From: Lachnospiraceae bacterium | Lineage (GTDB): Bacteria; Bacillota; Clostridia; Lachnospirales; Lachnospiraceae | DNA length: 64,000 nt | NCBI GenBank assembly: GCA_022794255.1 | Contig: JAAWEL010000027.1 | Coordinates: 1,676-65,675 of the forward strand | Direction of reading: 5' to 3' | Shown here: piece after piece, positions 38,737-48,756 of the stretch | Layout of the letters: each line of letters starts with the position of its first letter | Position numbering within the stretch: position 1 is the first letter of the stretch | Notes under the pieces: model-generated | What the model saw: only the letters and a program-made list of their open reading frames with translations | What the model was told of the DNA's origin: nothing | The model's database searches: none | Translations under genes and position numbers: made by a program

Positions 38737-39850
38737 ATTAAGTATGAAAAGAATAGGAATTTTTGCGTTTTTTGATGGATGTGGGATAGTAGATGATTAT
38801 AAGTTGTATTTATTGGATAGTTTGAATTATATTCTTTCAGAAATAATTATTATAATTAATGGATTCATACAAGAAGAATCGCTTGCAAGATTATATGATT
38901 ATACAAATCATATTTATATCAGAGAGAATATGGGATTTGATGCTGGTGCTTATAAAGATATTTTAATGGGTAATATAACATGCATAGAATGGGATTTATG
39001 GGATGAAATTATATTACTAAATGATACCTTTTATGGTCCATTATATCCTTGGGAAGAGATATTTCTGACAATGGATAAAGAAATACTTGATTTTTGGGGC
39101 TTTAGCCGATTTAGTAGTGGAAAACTATGGGATGGTTCAACTATAACACAACATATTCAGGCATATTTCATAGCAGTAAGAAAAAGTATGTTCAGTACTT
39201 TACAATGGAAAAAATTTTGGGAGGGTTTTGAATATCCATCCTCCTATATGGAGGCAATCAAAAAATTTGAAATCAGTTTTACAGATTATTTTTCAAAAGA
39301 AGGATTTTGTTATTCAACATGGATGGATAAAAATGATGGGGAATCCTATATTAAAGAAAATTTAAATCCCTATATGGAGTTTGCATATGATCTTGTTAAA
39401 TACTGTAGATTTCCTATAGTCAAGTATCGGGCATGCTCAGTCGTTAGGTATTCATCAACAAAAGCACTTTTGAATTATATTGAGAACAACACTGATTATG
39501 ATAAAAGGTTAATACTAAAGCATGTTGAACGGATGGATAAAGAAATGAGATTAAAACCATTTGGTATTTCAGAATTAAAACAGTTTGTTAATTCTCATAA
39601 TAGAATATTTATTTTTGGCCATGGAAAATATGGAAAGGGATTAGAAGAATATTTTCAAGAAAAAGGTTGGAAGATAAGTGGATTCATTATGTCAGTTCCT
39701 AATTCGCAGCACAGAAATGAAATAGCACTACAGGATATAGAAATTAGAAAAACAGATGGATTAATTGTTGCTGTAGCGAATGGAGATGAAATTAGACCAG
39801 TTTTAAATAAGAAATTTGAAGATAAGCAATTGTTATTTGCAAGATTTTAA
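38726..39850 (+). CDS. RgpF (rhamnan synthesis F)-like protein plus Rossmann-like module
   Basis: RENMGFDAGAYK, LNDTFYGP, DFWG and HIQAYF motifs. Confidence 0.82.
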   Translation: MKDKLSMKRIGIFAFFDGCGIVDDYKLYLLDSLNYILSEIIIIINGFIQEESLARLYDYTNHIYIRENMGFDAGAYKDILMGNITCIEWDLWDEIILLNDTFYGPLYPWEEIFLTMDKEILDFWGFSRFSSGKLWDGSTITQHIQAYFIAVRKSMFSTLQWKKFWEGFEYPSSYMEAIKKFEISFTDYFSKEGFCYSTWMDKNDGESYIKENLNPYMEFAYDLVKYCRFPIVKYRACSVVRYSSTKALLNYIENNTDYDKRLILKHVERMDKEMRLKPFGISELKQFVNSHNRIFIFGHGKYGKGLEEYFQEKGWKISGFIMSVPNSQHRNEIALQDIEIRKTDGLIVAVANGDEIRPVLNKKFEDKQLLFARF

Positions 39851-40024
39851 AAAGGCTATATAATCGTTAGTTTATCAAAATGAAATGTAAATCAATATTA
39901 AAAGTCTGAAGCAGTTAATAGCTGATTTTGTAATTAGCTATATTCTTTTTTAGAGAGTGTGAGTGGGAATGGTCTTTGGAATAACTTTAACTGAGTAATG
40001 ATGGATGGGAGTAGCAAATTTATT

Positions 40025-41206
40025 ATGTTAATATCTGTAATAGTGCCTATATTTAATACAGGACAATATTTATATGATTGTTTGAATAGTATTTTAAGAC
40101 AAACTTATAAGAATATTGAAATCATCCTTGTAGATGACGGATCAACGGATGCGAGTTATCAAATTTGTATTGAATACGCAAAAAGAGACTCAAGAATTGT
40201 AACTATACGAAGTGAACATCAGGGGTTAATTTCGGCCAGAAAATTGGGTTTGGAAAAATCGAAAGGTGAGTATTGTTTATTTGTAGACAGTGATGATTGG
40301 ATTGCAGAAGATTTGTTGAGTTCAATAGTTCCACTTACAGACAATGGAGCAGTTGATATTGTTAATTATAATATAAAAAGTGTAAAAAATACGATTATTA
40401 CTGAGTGGAAATATACAATTCCAGATGGAGTATACAAATATCAACAGTTAGAGAATATTTATAGGAAAATGATGTTTGACTTTGATAGTGGATGTCCAGG
40501 AATCATTCAATCTTTATGCAGTAAATTAATAAAAAAAGATATCTTGTTAAAAAGCATGGAATTTATAGATACAAGAATTACAATGGGAGAGGATGCTGCA
40601 GTAACATATAATGCAATGTTGTTGGCAAAGAAGGTTGCAATTGTTGGTGGAAGCTATTTTTATTTTTATAGAGTGCGTCAAAATTCCATATGTAGTTCAA
40701 AAGATAGTAATATATTTTTGAAAATTTGCTATTTTCAGAAATATATGCAGAATATTTTTGAAAAATATGATGAAAAATATGATTTATATAAGCAATTACA
40801 GGCGTATTTAATCGCTTTTATTCAGAAAGGAATGTCTGATGTTTTCTCAATAAAAATGCAGAGCATATACCATTTGCCATTTAGCTGGACAGTTATGGGT
40901 CAAAAGATTATCTTATATGGTGCAGGAACTGTTGGGAGATCCTATTATAAACAATTAAAACAAATTTCGGGTATTGATATTATAGCTTGGGTGGATAGTG
41001 AATTAGTTGAACATCAGATATATGATTATAGGATAGATTCACCGAAGGTTATTGTTCATAGCAATTTTGACAAAATCGTAATAGCTATAAAAAATCGAAG
41101 TATTGCAGAAAAAATTAAAAATGACTTATGCCAATATATTTCTAAAGAAAAAATTTTATGGGAAGAGCCGCGAATAAACTGGTGGGAAAAAGAAATAGAT
41201 GTCTAA
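40025..41206 (+). CDS. GT2 glycosyltransferase plus Rossmann-like module
   Basis: ISVIVPIFN, VDDGSTD, FVDSDD and MGED motifs. Confidence 0.92.
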   Translation: MLISVIVPIFNTGQYLYDCLNSILRQTYKNIEIILVDDGSTDASYQICIEYAKRDSRIVTIRSEHQGLISARKLGLEKSKGEYCLFVDSDDWIAEDLLSSIVPLTDNGAVDIVNYNIKSVKNTIITEWKYTIPDGVYKYQQLENIYRKMMFDFDSGCPGIIQSLCSKLIKKDILLKSMEFIDTRITMGEDAAVTYNAMLLAKKVAIVGGSYFYFYRVRQNSICSSKDSNIFLKICYFQKYMQNIFEKYDEKYDLYKQLQAYLIAFIQKGMSDVFSIKMQSIYHLPFSWTVMGQKIILYGAGTVGRSYYKQLKQISGIDIIAWVDSELVEHQIYDYRIDSPKVIVHSNFDKIVIAIKNRSIAEKIKNDLCQYISKEKILWEEPRINWWEKEIDV

Positions 41207-41259
41207 AAATTATGGCAAGGAAATATAAAGGGCATTGTAAAGCATAGGGAGATTAGATT

Positions 41260-42435
41260 TTGATAAAAAGTAAAGACCTGATAAGTATAATAGTTCCGAT
41301 ATATAATGTAGAAAATTATGTAGAGAAATGTATTTTAAGTATTATAAATCAAACTTATTCAAATTTACAGATTATTTTAGTTGATGATGGTTCTTCAGAT
41401 AAATCTGGAAATATTTGCGATTTTTACGCCGAACAGGATCAAAGAATCCAGGTGATTCATCAAAAAAATTCAGGATTGGTTAGAGCAAGGAAAAGCGGCC
41501 TAGAACAAGCAAAAGGAAAATATATAGGATTTGTGGACGGGGATGATTATATAAACGAAAGCATGTATGAAAATATGCTACAGAGCATTTTACGATCCCA
41601 CGCAGATTTTGTACATACAGGTTATTTTGAAGAACAGTTGAATGGTGTTAAGGAAAGGATTGATTATAAGGAACAAATTTATGACATTAGAAATAACAGG
41701 ATACAATTTTTAAGTAATTATGTAATTAATGAAAGTCAAGCAAAGAAAATGACTTTTAGTATATGGTCAAAATTATTTAAGAGGGAATTGATCGTAAGGT
41801 GTTATCAAAAAATTCCAGATTATCAATCTTATGGAGAAGATATGTTAGCACTGTTGGCTTGTGTGATGGAAAGTGATTTGATTTATATGAAAAGGGAGGC
41901 ATATTATCACTATGTGCACAGAAACGATTCTATAACAAATGAAAACTGGATAAAAGTTATAGGTGATTTGGTTTCATTATATGTATGTGTTAAAAATTTA
42001 CTACAAGATTATAATATATATGATAACCTATCTAATCAAATCGAACAATGGCTTCAAATACAAGTAATTGGTAATGTTGTTTCATCGCCAAAGGTTCGTT
42101 TTAGTGTCCAACGGTATTTTTATCCAGATATTATGTCTTTGCAGGGAAAGAAAATTGTTATATACGGAGCAGGAACTGTAGGCCAGGATTTTTACGCTCA
42201 GATCTGCAGATATCGAGATTGCAGGATTGTAGCTTGGGTTGATAAATATGATTCTAATTATAAATATGATTATATGGAAGTAGTTGGAAAAGAGGAATTG
42301 AAAAAATATGACTATGATATACTGGTTATCGCTGTAAACAGTAACGAAATAGCAATGCAAATAAGATCAGAATTAATAAAAGATGGTATAGATAAAAATA
42401 AAATAAGATGGTTAAAGCCGCAGTATTTCTTGTGA
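41260..42435 (+). CDS. GT2 glycosyltransferase plus Rossmann-like module
   Basis: ISIIVPIYN, VDDGSSD, FVDGDD and YGED motifs. Confidence 0.92.
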   Translation: MIKSKDLISIIVPIYNVENYVEKCILSIINQTYSNLQIILVDDGSSDKSGNICDFYAEQDQRIQVIHQKNSGLVRARKSGLEQAKGKYIGFVDGDDYINESMYENMLQSILRSHADFVHTGYFEEQLNGVKERIDYKEQIYDIRNNRIQFLSNYVINESQAKKMTFSIWSKLFKRELIVRCYQKIPDYQSYGEDMLALLACVMESDLIYMKREAYYHYVHRNDSITNENWIKVIGDLVSLYVCVKNLLQDYNIYDNLSNQIEQWLQIQVIGNVVSSPKVRFSVQRYFYPDIMSLQGKKIVIYGAGTVGQDFYAQICRYRDCRIVAWVDKYDSNYKYDYMEVVGKEELKKYDYDILVIAVNSNEIAMQIRSELIKDGIDKNKIRWLKPQYFL

Positions 42436-42458
42436 AGAAAGTTGGGGATGTTTTTGGT

Positions 42459-43661
42459 ATGGAAATTGGAAAAAAAGCTAAAAACGAAATCGTGATTTGG
42501 GGTACAGGAAAATATGGAGAGTTAGCATATTATTATTACAAAGACAGTTGTAATATAAAATACTATATTGATACAGATGAGAAAAAATGGGGAAAATTAT
42601 TTTACGGAATCGAGATTTGTCCACCAAATAAAATATATAAATTAGATTCTAAGATTGCGATAGTAGTAGCTATAAAATATAATGAAGAAATAATTAATCA
42701 ATTGAAAGCCAATCCCCCGAAGAATTCTATAAACTTGTTTCAAGTATCAAATAGTCCATATGAAGTGGAAAATAAGAGGGGAATTATTGATGAGAACGCT
42801 ATAATAATTTCATTTTGTGGCGGCTTAGGCAACCAAATGTTTCAGTATGCTTTATTTAGAAAGTTGCAATCTGATGGAAAAACGGTATTTGGGGATTTGG
42901 AGTTTTATTTATATCCCGGGACGACCAGGGCATTCCTGTTGCCGAATGTGTTTCCAAATATAAAAATTGAGAATTATTCAATAGAACAAAAACGTAAATT
43001 TCTGCTTGAAAATTTAAACACTTCTAAAAGCAAAAAGTTTATGATTTATAGGGAATTTGATATTAAAGAAGAAAAAAGAAAAAGAGCGGAACTGTTTTTG
43101 CTGGATATCATGGGAGGATATATTCAGGGATATCATCAAAGTTCTTGGTTTGCGGAAAGCATTAGAGATATATTGCTAAAGGATTTTGAGTTTAGATTAC
43201 CAGAAGATTTAGGATTCGATAATATTCGCAAAAAGATACAAAGTAAAAATATTGTATCTGTACATGTTCGGCGAGGAGATTATTTAGAAAAAGAAAATGT
43301 AAATATATATGGAAATATCTGTACAGATTTATATTATAAACGGGCAATTCAGTATTTAAGGGAGCGGCTTAATGATGTGGTCCTATGTTTCTTTTCAAAT
43401 GATATAGAATGGGTGAAAAGCGAATATAGAGATGAGAAAAATGCTATATTTATAGGGCCGGAATGCTTTGACAATTATCATGATTGGTATGATATGTATT
43501 TAATGAGTCAATGTAATCATAATATTATTGCAAATAGTACTTTTAGCTGGTGGGGAGCATGGTTAAATCCTAATCCAGGAAAAATTGTAATCGCGCCAGA
43601 GCAATGGGTGAATAACTGTGTATATGAAGATATATATCCTGAGAAATGGATAAAATTATAA
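42459..43661 (+). CDS. GT11 alpha-1,2-fucosyltransferase-like protein with N-terminal Rossmann-like module
   Basis: GGLGNQMFQYA, GYHQS, VHVRRGDY and IIANSTFSWWGAWL motifs. Confidence 0.92.
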   Translation: MEIGKKAKNEIVIWGTGKYGELAYYYYKDSCNIKYYIDTDEKKWGKLFYGIEICPPNKIYKLDSKIAIVVAIKYNEEIINQLKANPPKNSINLFQVSNSPYEVENKRGIIDENAIIISFCGGLGNQMFQYALFRKLQSDGKTVFGDLEFYLYPGTTRAFLLPNVFPNIKIENYSIEQKRKFLLENLNTSKSKKFMIYREFDIKEEKRKRAELFLLDIMGGYIQGYHQSSWFAESIRDILLKDFEFRLPEDLGFDNIRKKIQSKNIVSVHVRRGDYLEKENVNIYGNICTDLYYKRAIQYLRERLNDVVLCFFSNDIEWVKSEYRDEKNAIFIGPECFDNYHDWYDMYLMSQCNHNIIANSTFSWWGAWLNPNPGKIVIAPEQWVNNCVYEDIYPEKWIKL

Positions 43662-43677
43662 TGGAGAAAATATAATC

Positions 43678-45006
43678 ATGAAAAAAAATCTACCCGATGT
43701 TTCGATTATTGTGCCAATTCATAATTCAGAAAAATATTTAGAGAGATGTTTAGATAGTGTATGTGGACAGACCTATAAAAATATTGAAATTATATGTGTG
43801 GATGGAGGAAGCAAGGACAATTCACCAAGTATATTAAAAAGATATAAAGAAAAAGATTTAAGAATAAAAATTATAAATGATAGCAATACCAGTTATGGAC
43901 ATAAGATAAATATAGGGTTTCAGTCTGCAAAAGGTGAGTATGTAGGAATTTTGGAATCAGATGATAAATATTGTATTGATATGGTGGGAAATTTATACAG
44001 CATTGCACAGAAATACCCGTTAGATGTTGTTGGGGGAAATATACGTCAGATTTTTGATTATAGAGGTGTGGAGACAGGGTATGAAGTGCAGACATACAAA
44101 GATGATTCGTATTATAATCGCTTGATTGTTAAACAAGAGGAACCGATTATATATGCTCATGGAGCCATATTTGCGTCATTGTATAGAAAGAGTTTTTTAA
44201 TGGAAAAGGAAATTAAAGTTAATGAAACGCCAGGGGCAGCTTTCCAAGATCAAGGTTTTTCATTTTTGACAGATATTTTAGCAGAGACGGCATATTATAT
44301 AAAAAAGCCGGTATATGAATATAGGATTGATAATATAGGAAGTTCTGTACATGATGATAAAAAGATTTTTGAGATAACTTGGGAAATGAGTTTTATAGAA
44401 CGGGAACTTAAAGATAGAAAAATAATAAATAAAGATATATGGAATGAATTTTGGCATCTTAAATATTTATCTTATATTGATAAAATGCAAAGTCTTTCAC
44501 AATTTGGACGTGACCAATTTAAAAGAGAATTCAGATGTGATTTGGAAAGGGATATTCAATACGGCATATTGGAAAAAAATATTTTTAATAAAGAACAAAC
44601 AGCGATTTTGCAAGGCTTTAGGGAGGACAACGATTTTTTTGAAAAAAGAATCCCTTATAAAGACAGTATGGTTGTAAAAAAAATTCAGGCATTGTTGGAT
44701 TGTGTATTGAATAAACCAGTTGTAATATTCGGAGCAGGGAAACAGGGAATATATTTTTTTAATACCGTAAAAAAAATTTGTGATAGTTTACCAGGTGCCC
44801 ATACAGAAATAAAATGTTTTTGTGATAATTCTGCTGAGTTGTATGGGAGGGATATTGAAGGAAAAATAATAATATCTGTTGATCAGGCTGTAAATGATTT
44901 TCCAGAGGCAGTATTTGTAATTGCGAATGCAAAGCATTATAAAGAAATGATGAATCAATTAAAAAAATATAATATCGATGAAAGCAGAATATGCTTTTTG
45001 TGGTAA
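43678..45006 (+). CDS. GT2 glycosyltransferase plus Rossmann-like module
   Basis: VSIIVPIHN, ILESDD and ETPGAAFQD motifs. Confidence 0.9.
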   Translation: MKKNLPDVSIIVPIHNSEKYLERCLDSVCGQTYKNIEIICVDGGSKDNSPSILKRYKEKDLRIKIINDSNTSYGHKINIGFQSAKGEYVGILESDDKYCIDMVGNLYSIAQKYPLDVVGGNIRQIFDYRGVETGYEVQTYKDDSYYNRLIVKQEEPIIYAHGAIFASLYRKSFLMEKEIKVNETPGAAFQDQGFSFLTDILAETAYYIKKPVYEYRIDNIGSSVHDDKKIFEITWEMSFIERELKDRKIINKDIWNEFWHLKYLSYIDKMQSLSQFGRDQFKREFRCDLERDIQYGILEKNIFNKEQTAILQGFREDNDFFEKRIPYKDSMVVKKIQALLDCVLNKPVVIFGAGKQGIYFFNTVKKICDSLPGAHTEIKCFCDNSAELYGRDIEGKIIISVDQAVNDFPEAVFVIANAKHYKEMMNQLKKYNIDESRICFLW

Positions 45007-45050
45007 ATATATAAGAATCTGAAAATGAACAAGGGACAGGGAATTATTTT

Positions 45051-47309
45051 ATGTATTCTTTCGATGTTTTTGATACATTGATAACACGCAGTACTGTGAC
45101 TCCTAATGGTATTTTTACTCTGATACAGAAGCTAATACGTAAAAATGGAAAGTATGATCCATTTATTACTTCTAATTTTTATGAGTTGCGTATAGGCGCG
45201 GAACAGTTGGCACATGAATTGTCTGGATCAAATGGCAAACAAGAAGTAACGCTAGATGACATCTATGAAGTATTATCCATGACTGTCGGCCTACCAGATT
45301 GCCGAAAGGAGGAACTTAAAAAGCTTGAAATAGAAACGGAATGCAGCAATGTATTGGGAATCACAAAAAACATTGCCCTTTTAAAAAAATTAAAGAAACA
45401 GGGAGAGCGTGTGGTGTTAATTTCAGATATGTATCTGGACGAAGCGGCTATCCGCCGGATGCTGTATTTGATAGATCCTGTTTTTAGAGAGATTCCCCTT
45501 TATGTGTCTTCGACTTATGGAAAAACCAAAGGGAGTGGAGCACTTTTTAAAATTGTTCAAAAACAGGAAAACGTGGATTTTTCAGATTGGACACATTATG
45601 GTGATAATCCTTGTGTGGATATAGAACCAGCGCTTAAATTAGGGATAAAGGCCGTACATCTGCTTCCGGAATCAATGAAAGAATATGAAAATCCAGGAAA
45701 AAGTCTGGATCACCAGTTGTCAACAGGAATTTCAAGATATATAAGAAGCTTGGGAAACGATAGCCCTGCCGGTGAGGTGGGTTCCTCTCTGGCAGGGCCG
45801 ATTTTATATCCTTATGTCAGCTGGGTATTAAAAGAAAGTATGAGACAGGGGATTGAAAGACTTTATTTTGTAGCTCGTGACGGTTGGATATTGTGGAAGA
45901 TAGCAGAGGTTATTATTCGGGAGGAAGGGTATCCTGTAAAAACTTCTTATATTTACGGTTCCAGAACAGCTTGGCGGTTTCCGTTTTATGATGGTTCCAA
46001 GAAAGACTTGGGCAGGATTCTTTATTATTCCAATATGGAAGAAATTCTATCCATGAATGACATGGCAGAACTTTTTCAATTGTCTTTGGATGAACTGAGA
46101 AAATTTTTGCCAGAACGATTAAAGGAAATTGAAGGGGGAAAAAGGGTATCAAAGGCACAAGTGGATACTGTGGCAAAATGGCTTCAGGAAAATGGGAAAT
46201 TCCGCAAATATTTGGTGGAGAGCCAGAAAGAAAAAAGAATACTTGTTATTCAATATCTTCATCAGGAAATTGATGTCTCCAATGATAGATTTGGGTTTGT
46301 TGAACTATCAGGAACAGGTTTTACTCAATATTGTCTTGCCAAATTAATAGGAAATTTTTACGAAGGAAAGATCAAAAATTTTTTTTACCGGTTAGATGAG
46401 ATACAGGAAGATGGACCATGCGAGTTTTTTCAGTTTTATCCCAGTAATCTGAAACGGTATATGCTGGAGCTTTTGTGCCGGGCACCCCACGGACAGACAG
46501 AAGGATATAGAGAAGAAGGCAAAAAGATAATACCTGTCTTAGAACAGAAGGAAGGAGAGCAGATCAAAGCTTACAATATAGAGGAATATCTTAAGGGGGT
46601 ATTAGACTATGTGGTAAGTATGGAACGGATCTATGCCCGGAATGGCTTAACGTATGTGCCGAGACTTGATATTGCCAGAGAATATATGGAATTTATAGCG
46701 GAGTATCCATCTGAAAGAATAGCCAGATATTTTTGCCATATGCCTTTTTCTTCCGGTGGAAGGAAAAACTCAATGGTCGAGTTTGCTCCGGCTGTCTCTA
46801 AGAAACAGTTAAGAGTCATATATTTTTGGAACAATGGAGAAAATGTCCGACAGGTTTACCACGGTGATTTTATAGAATATGCATTGATTCGATCAGCTGA
46901 AGCGAAAAAATATAAGGAAAGATGTCAGGAATATCGAAAATATGGAATCGGAAAATGGCTGACAGACTGGAACCGATATTTACATACCCATCTGAAGCCG
47001 GGAATTGAATATTTTTGTCCATGGGAGCTGTTAAAAGGAAGTATTGTCATCTACGGTGCCGGGAAAGTGGGCAGGTCTTTTGTAAAGCAGGCAAAACAAA
47101 GGTATGCTAGATGCAAACGTTTACTGTGGGTTGACAGTAATTATATGGAACTGCAGGCAACAGGGATGGATGTGAAATCTCCACAGGAGATCATGAATGA
47201 TTCTTTTGACAGGGTTATCATAGCAATCCGCAATGTCCGGACCAGGGAAGAGATATGGGACAGGCTTCGGGACATGGGGATTGAAACGGAGAAAATATAT
47301 TATGGTTAG
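45051..47309 (+). CDS. HAD phosphatase plus PRTase-like domain (candidate dual-domain ribofuranosyltransferase) plus Rossmann-like module
   Basis: SFDVFDTL, ISDMYL, HYGDN..D, then FVARDG and VELSGTGFTQ. Confidence 0.65.
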   Translation: MYSFDVFDTLITRSTVTPNGIFTLIQKLIRKNGKYDPFITSNFYELRIGAEQLAHELSGSNGKQEVTLDDIYEVLSMTVGLPDCRKEELKKLEIETECSNVLGITKNIALLKKLKKQGERVVLISDMYLDEAAIRRMLYLIDPVFREIPLYVSSTYGKTKGSGALFKIVQKQENVDFSDWTHYGDNPCVDIEPALKLGIKAVHLLPESMKEYENPGKSLDHQLSTGISRYIRSLGNDSPAGEVGSSLAGPILYPYVSWVLKESMRQGIERLYFVARDGWILWKIAEVIIREEGYPVKTSYIYGSRTAWRFPFYDGSKKDLGRILYYSNMEEILSMNDMAELFQLSLDELRKFLPERLKEIEGGKRVSKAQVDTVAKWLQENGKFRKYLVESQKEKRILVIQYLHQEIDVSNDRFGFVELSGTGFTQYCLAKLIGNFYEGKIKNFFYRLDEIQEDGPCEFFQFYPSNLKRYMLELLCRAPHGQTEGYREEGKKIIPVLEQKEGEQIKAYNIEEYLKGVLDYVVSMERIYARNGLTYVPRLDIAREYMEFIAEYPSERIARYFCHMPFSSGGRKNSMVEFAPAVSKKQLRVIYFWNNGENVRQVYHGDFIEYALIRSAEAKKYKERCQEYRKYGIGKWLTDWNRYLHTHLKPGIEYFCPWELLKGSIVIYGAGKVGRSFVKQAKQRYARCKRLLWVDSNYMELQATGMDVKSPQEIMNDSFDRVIIAIRNVRTREEIWDRLRDMGIETEKIYYG

Positions 47310-48756
47310 CAATAAGCTTAAAAATGTGAAAATATTTTTTTTTGGAGCGGGAAAGATAGGAAGGTATTGGATAAAGCAATCTAAGACTTTTGGAATGGTG
47401 CCTAAGGGAATCCTTGATAACAACAAGGATTTGTGGGGAACTGTGTGTGATGATATAGTGATTTATGATCCGGATATAATAAAGACACTCTATTTTGATT
47501 ATATTTTTGTCACTTGCAGCAGAGAGAAAGAAATAATTCAACAGCTTTTAAACATGGGAGCAGCTGAAAAAAAAATTATTACCAGTTATCATGACATTTT
47601 GAATCATTTACTGTTCTGTGCTGCAGGAAAGATGAAATTTTCGGAGAATACAGTCGATATTCATGACAAATATCAGGAAAGAAAAATTCTGTTTGATTTA
47701 TATAACGGAATGGTTTTAGGAGGCGTAGAATCATGGAGTTATGCCACGGCAAGACGGTTATATAAGAAGAATTATTGTGGAATGTATCTCACTACAGACG
47801 CGGCCGGACCGGCTGTGACAGATGAAACCTACCCAGCCTATATGCTAAAGTATTACGGAGTTGAGAAGGAAAAAGAAAAAATCGAAATGTGTGTGGAGAA
47901 GATAAAAGAGAATCTTCCATGTACAATTATATGTAATTTTCCGCAGCATATATTTTGGTCGGCATGTATTGCTAAACAACGATTTCCAGAGCAGATAAGG
48001 CTCATAGCTGTTCAGCATAGTGATGACTTCCCATATTATAGTGCGTATAGTTTATGGCAACAATACATTGACAGATGTATGGTAATCAGTTCCAGAATAA
48101 AACAGAAATTGCTTTCACACGGAATGGAGCAAATTAAAATGGATTATTTGGAATGGGATATATCTTGTAAAGAAAAGGTAGAAAGGATAATGAATGAAAA
48201 AAAAGAATGTTTGCAGATAGGATATGCAGGCAGAGTGACTGTAACACAGAAAAGAGCCGATTTGCTTATAGAATTATCCAAAAAATTGCGGAAAAAAAAT
48301 ATAGATTTCCAGATGAACATAGCAGGAACCGGAGATTACAGTGAAATTTTGGACCGGAGAATCCGAGAGGAAAATTTACAGGAATCCGTGATTTTGACAG
48401 GGTATTTGGACAGAAAAAACATTCCGGACTTTTGGAGCAGACAAGATATTATGGTAAGCTGCTCTGAATGTGAGGGCCACAGCATCTCCCAATCCGAGGC
48501 CATGGCAGAGGGCGCGGTCCCTGTCATCACAGATGTATCCGGCGCACGGGATGATGTGACAAATGGATACAATGGATATGTGGTGGATGTGGGCGATATC
48601 GATGCCCTTGCAGACAGAATCCAGGAGCTGTATCTTGATCGGGACAAACGGAATGAGATGAGTATGCGCGCTCATGATACAATCTGTAAACGGCAAAAAA
48701 ACATGGATCAGACAGTCTTTTGGGATAATTTGATAGAGAAGGTGTGGCAGGAATGA
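47302..48756 (+). CDS. GT4 glycosyltransferase with N-terminal Rossmann-like module
   Basis: GGVE, YAGRV...QKR and SECEGHSISQSEAMAEG (E-x7-E) motifs. Confidence 0.9.
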   Translation: MVSNKLKNVKIFFFGAGKIGRYWIKQSKTFGMVPKGILDNNKDLWGTVCDDIVIYDPDIIKTLYFDYIFVTCSREKEIIQQLLNMGAAEKKIITSYHDILNHLLFCAAGKMKFSENTVDIHDKYQERKILFDLYNGMVLGGVESWSYATARRLYKKNYCGMYLTTDAAGPAVTDETYPAYMLKYYGVEKEKEKIEMCVEKIKENLPCTIICNFPQHIFWSACIAKQRFPEQIRLIAVQHSDDFPYYSAYSLWQQYIDRCMVISSRIKQKLLSHGMEQIKMDYLEWDISCKEKVERIMNEKKECLQIGYAGRVTVTQKRADLLIELSKKLRKKNIDFQMNIAGTGDYSEILDRRIREENLQESVILTGYLDRKNIPDFWSRQDIMVSCSECEGHSISQSEAMAEGAVPVITDVSGARDDVTNGYNGYVVDVGDIDALADRIQELYLDRDKRNEMSMRAHDTICKRQKNMDQTVFWDNLIEKVWQE

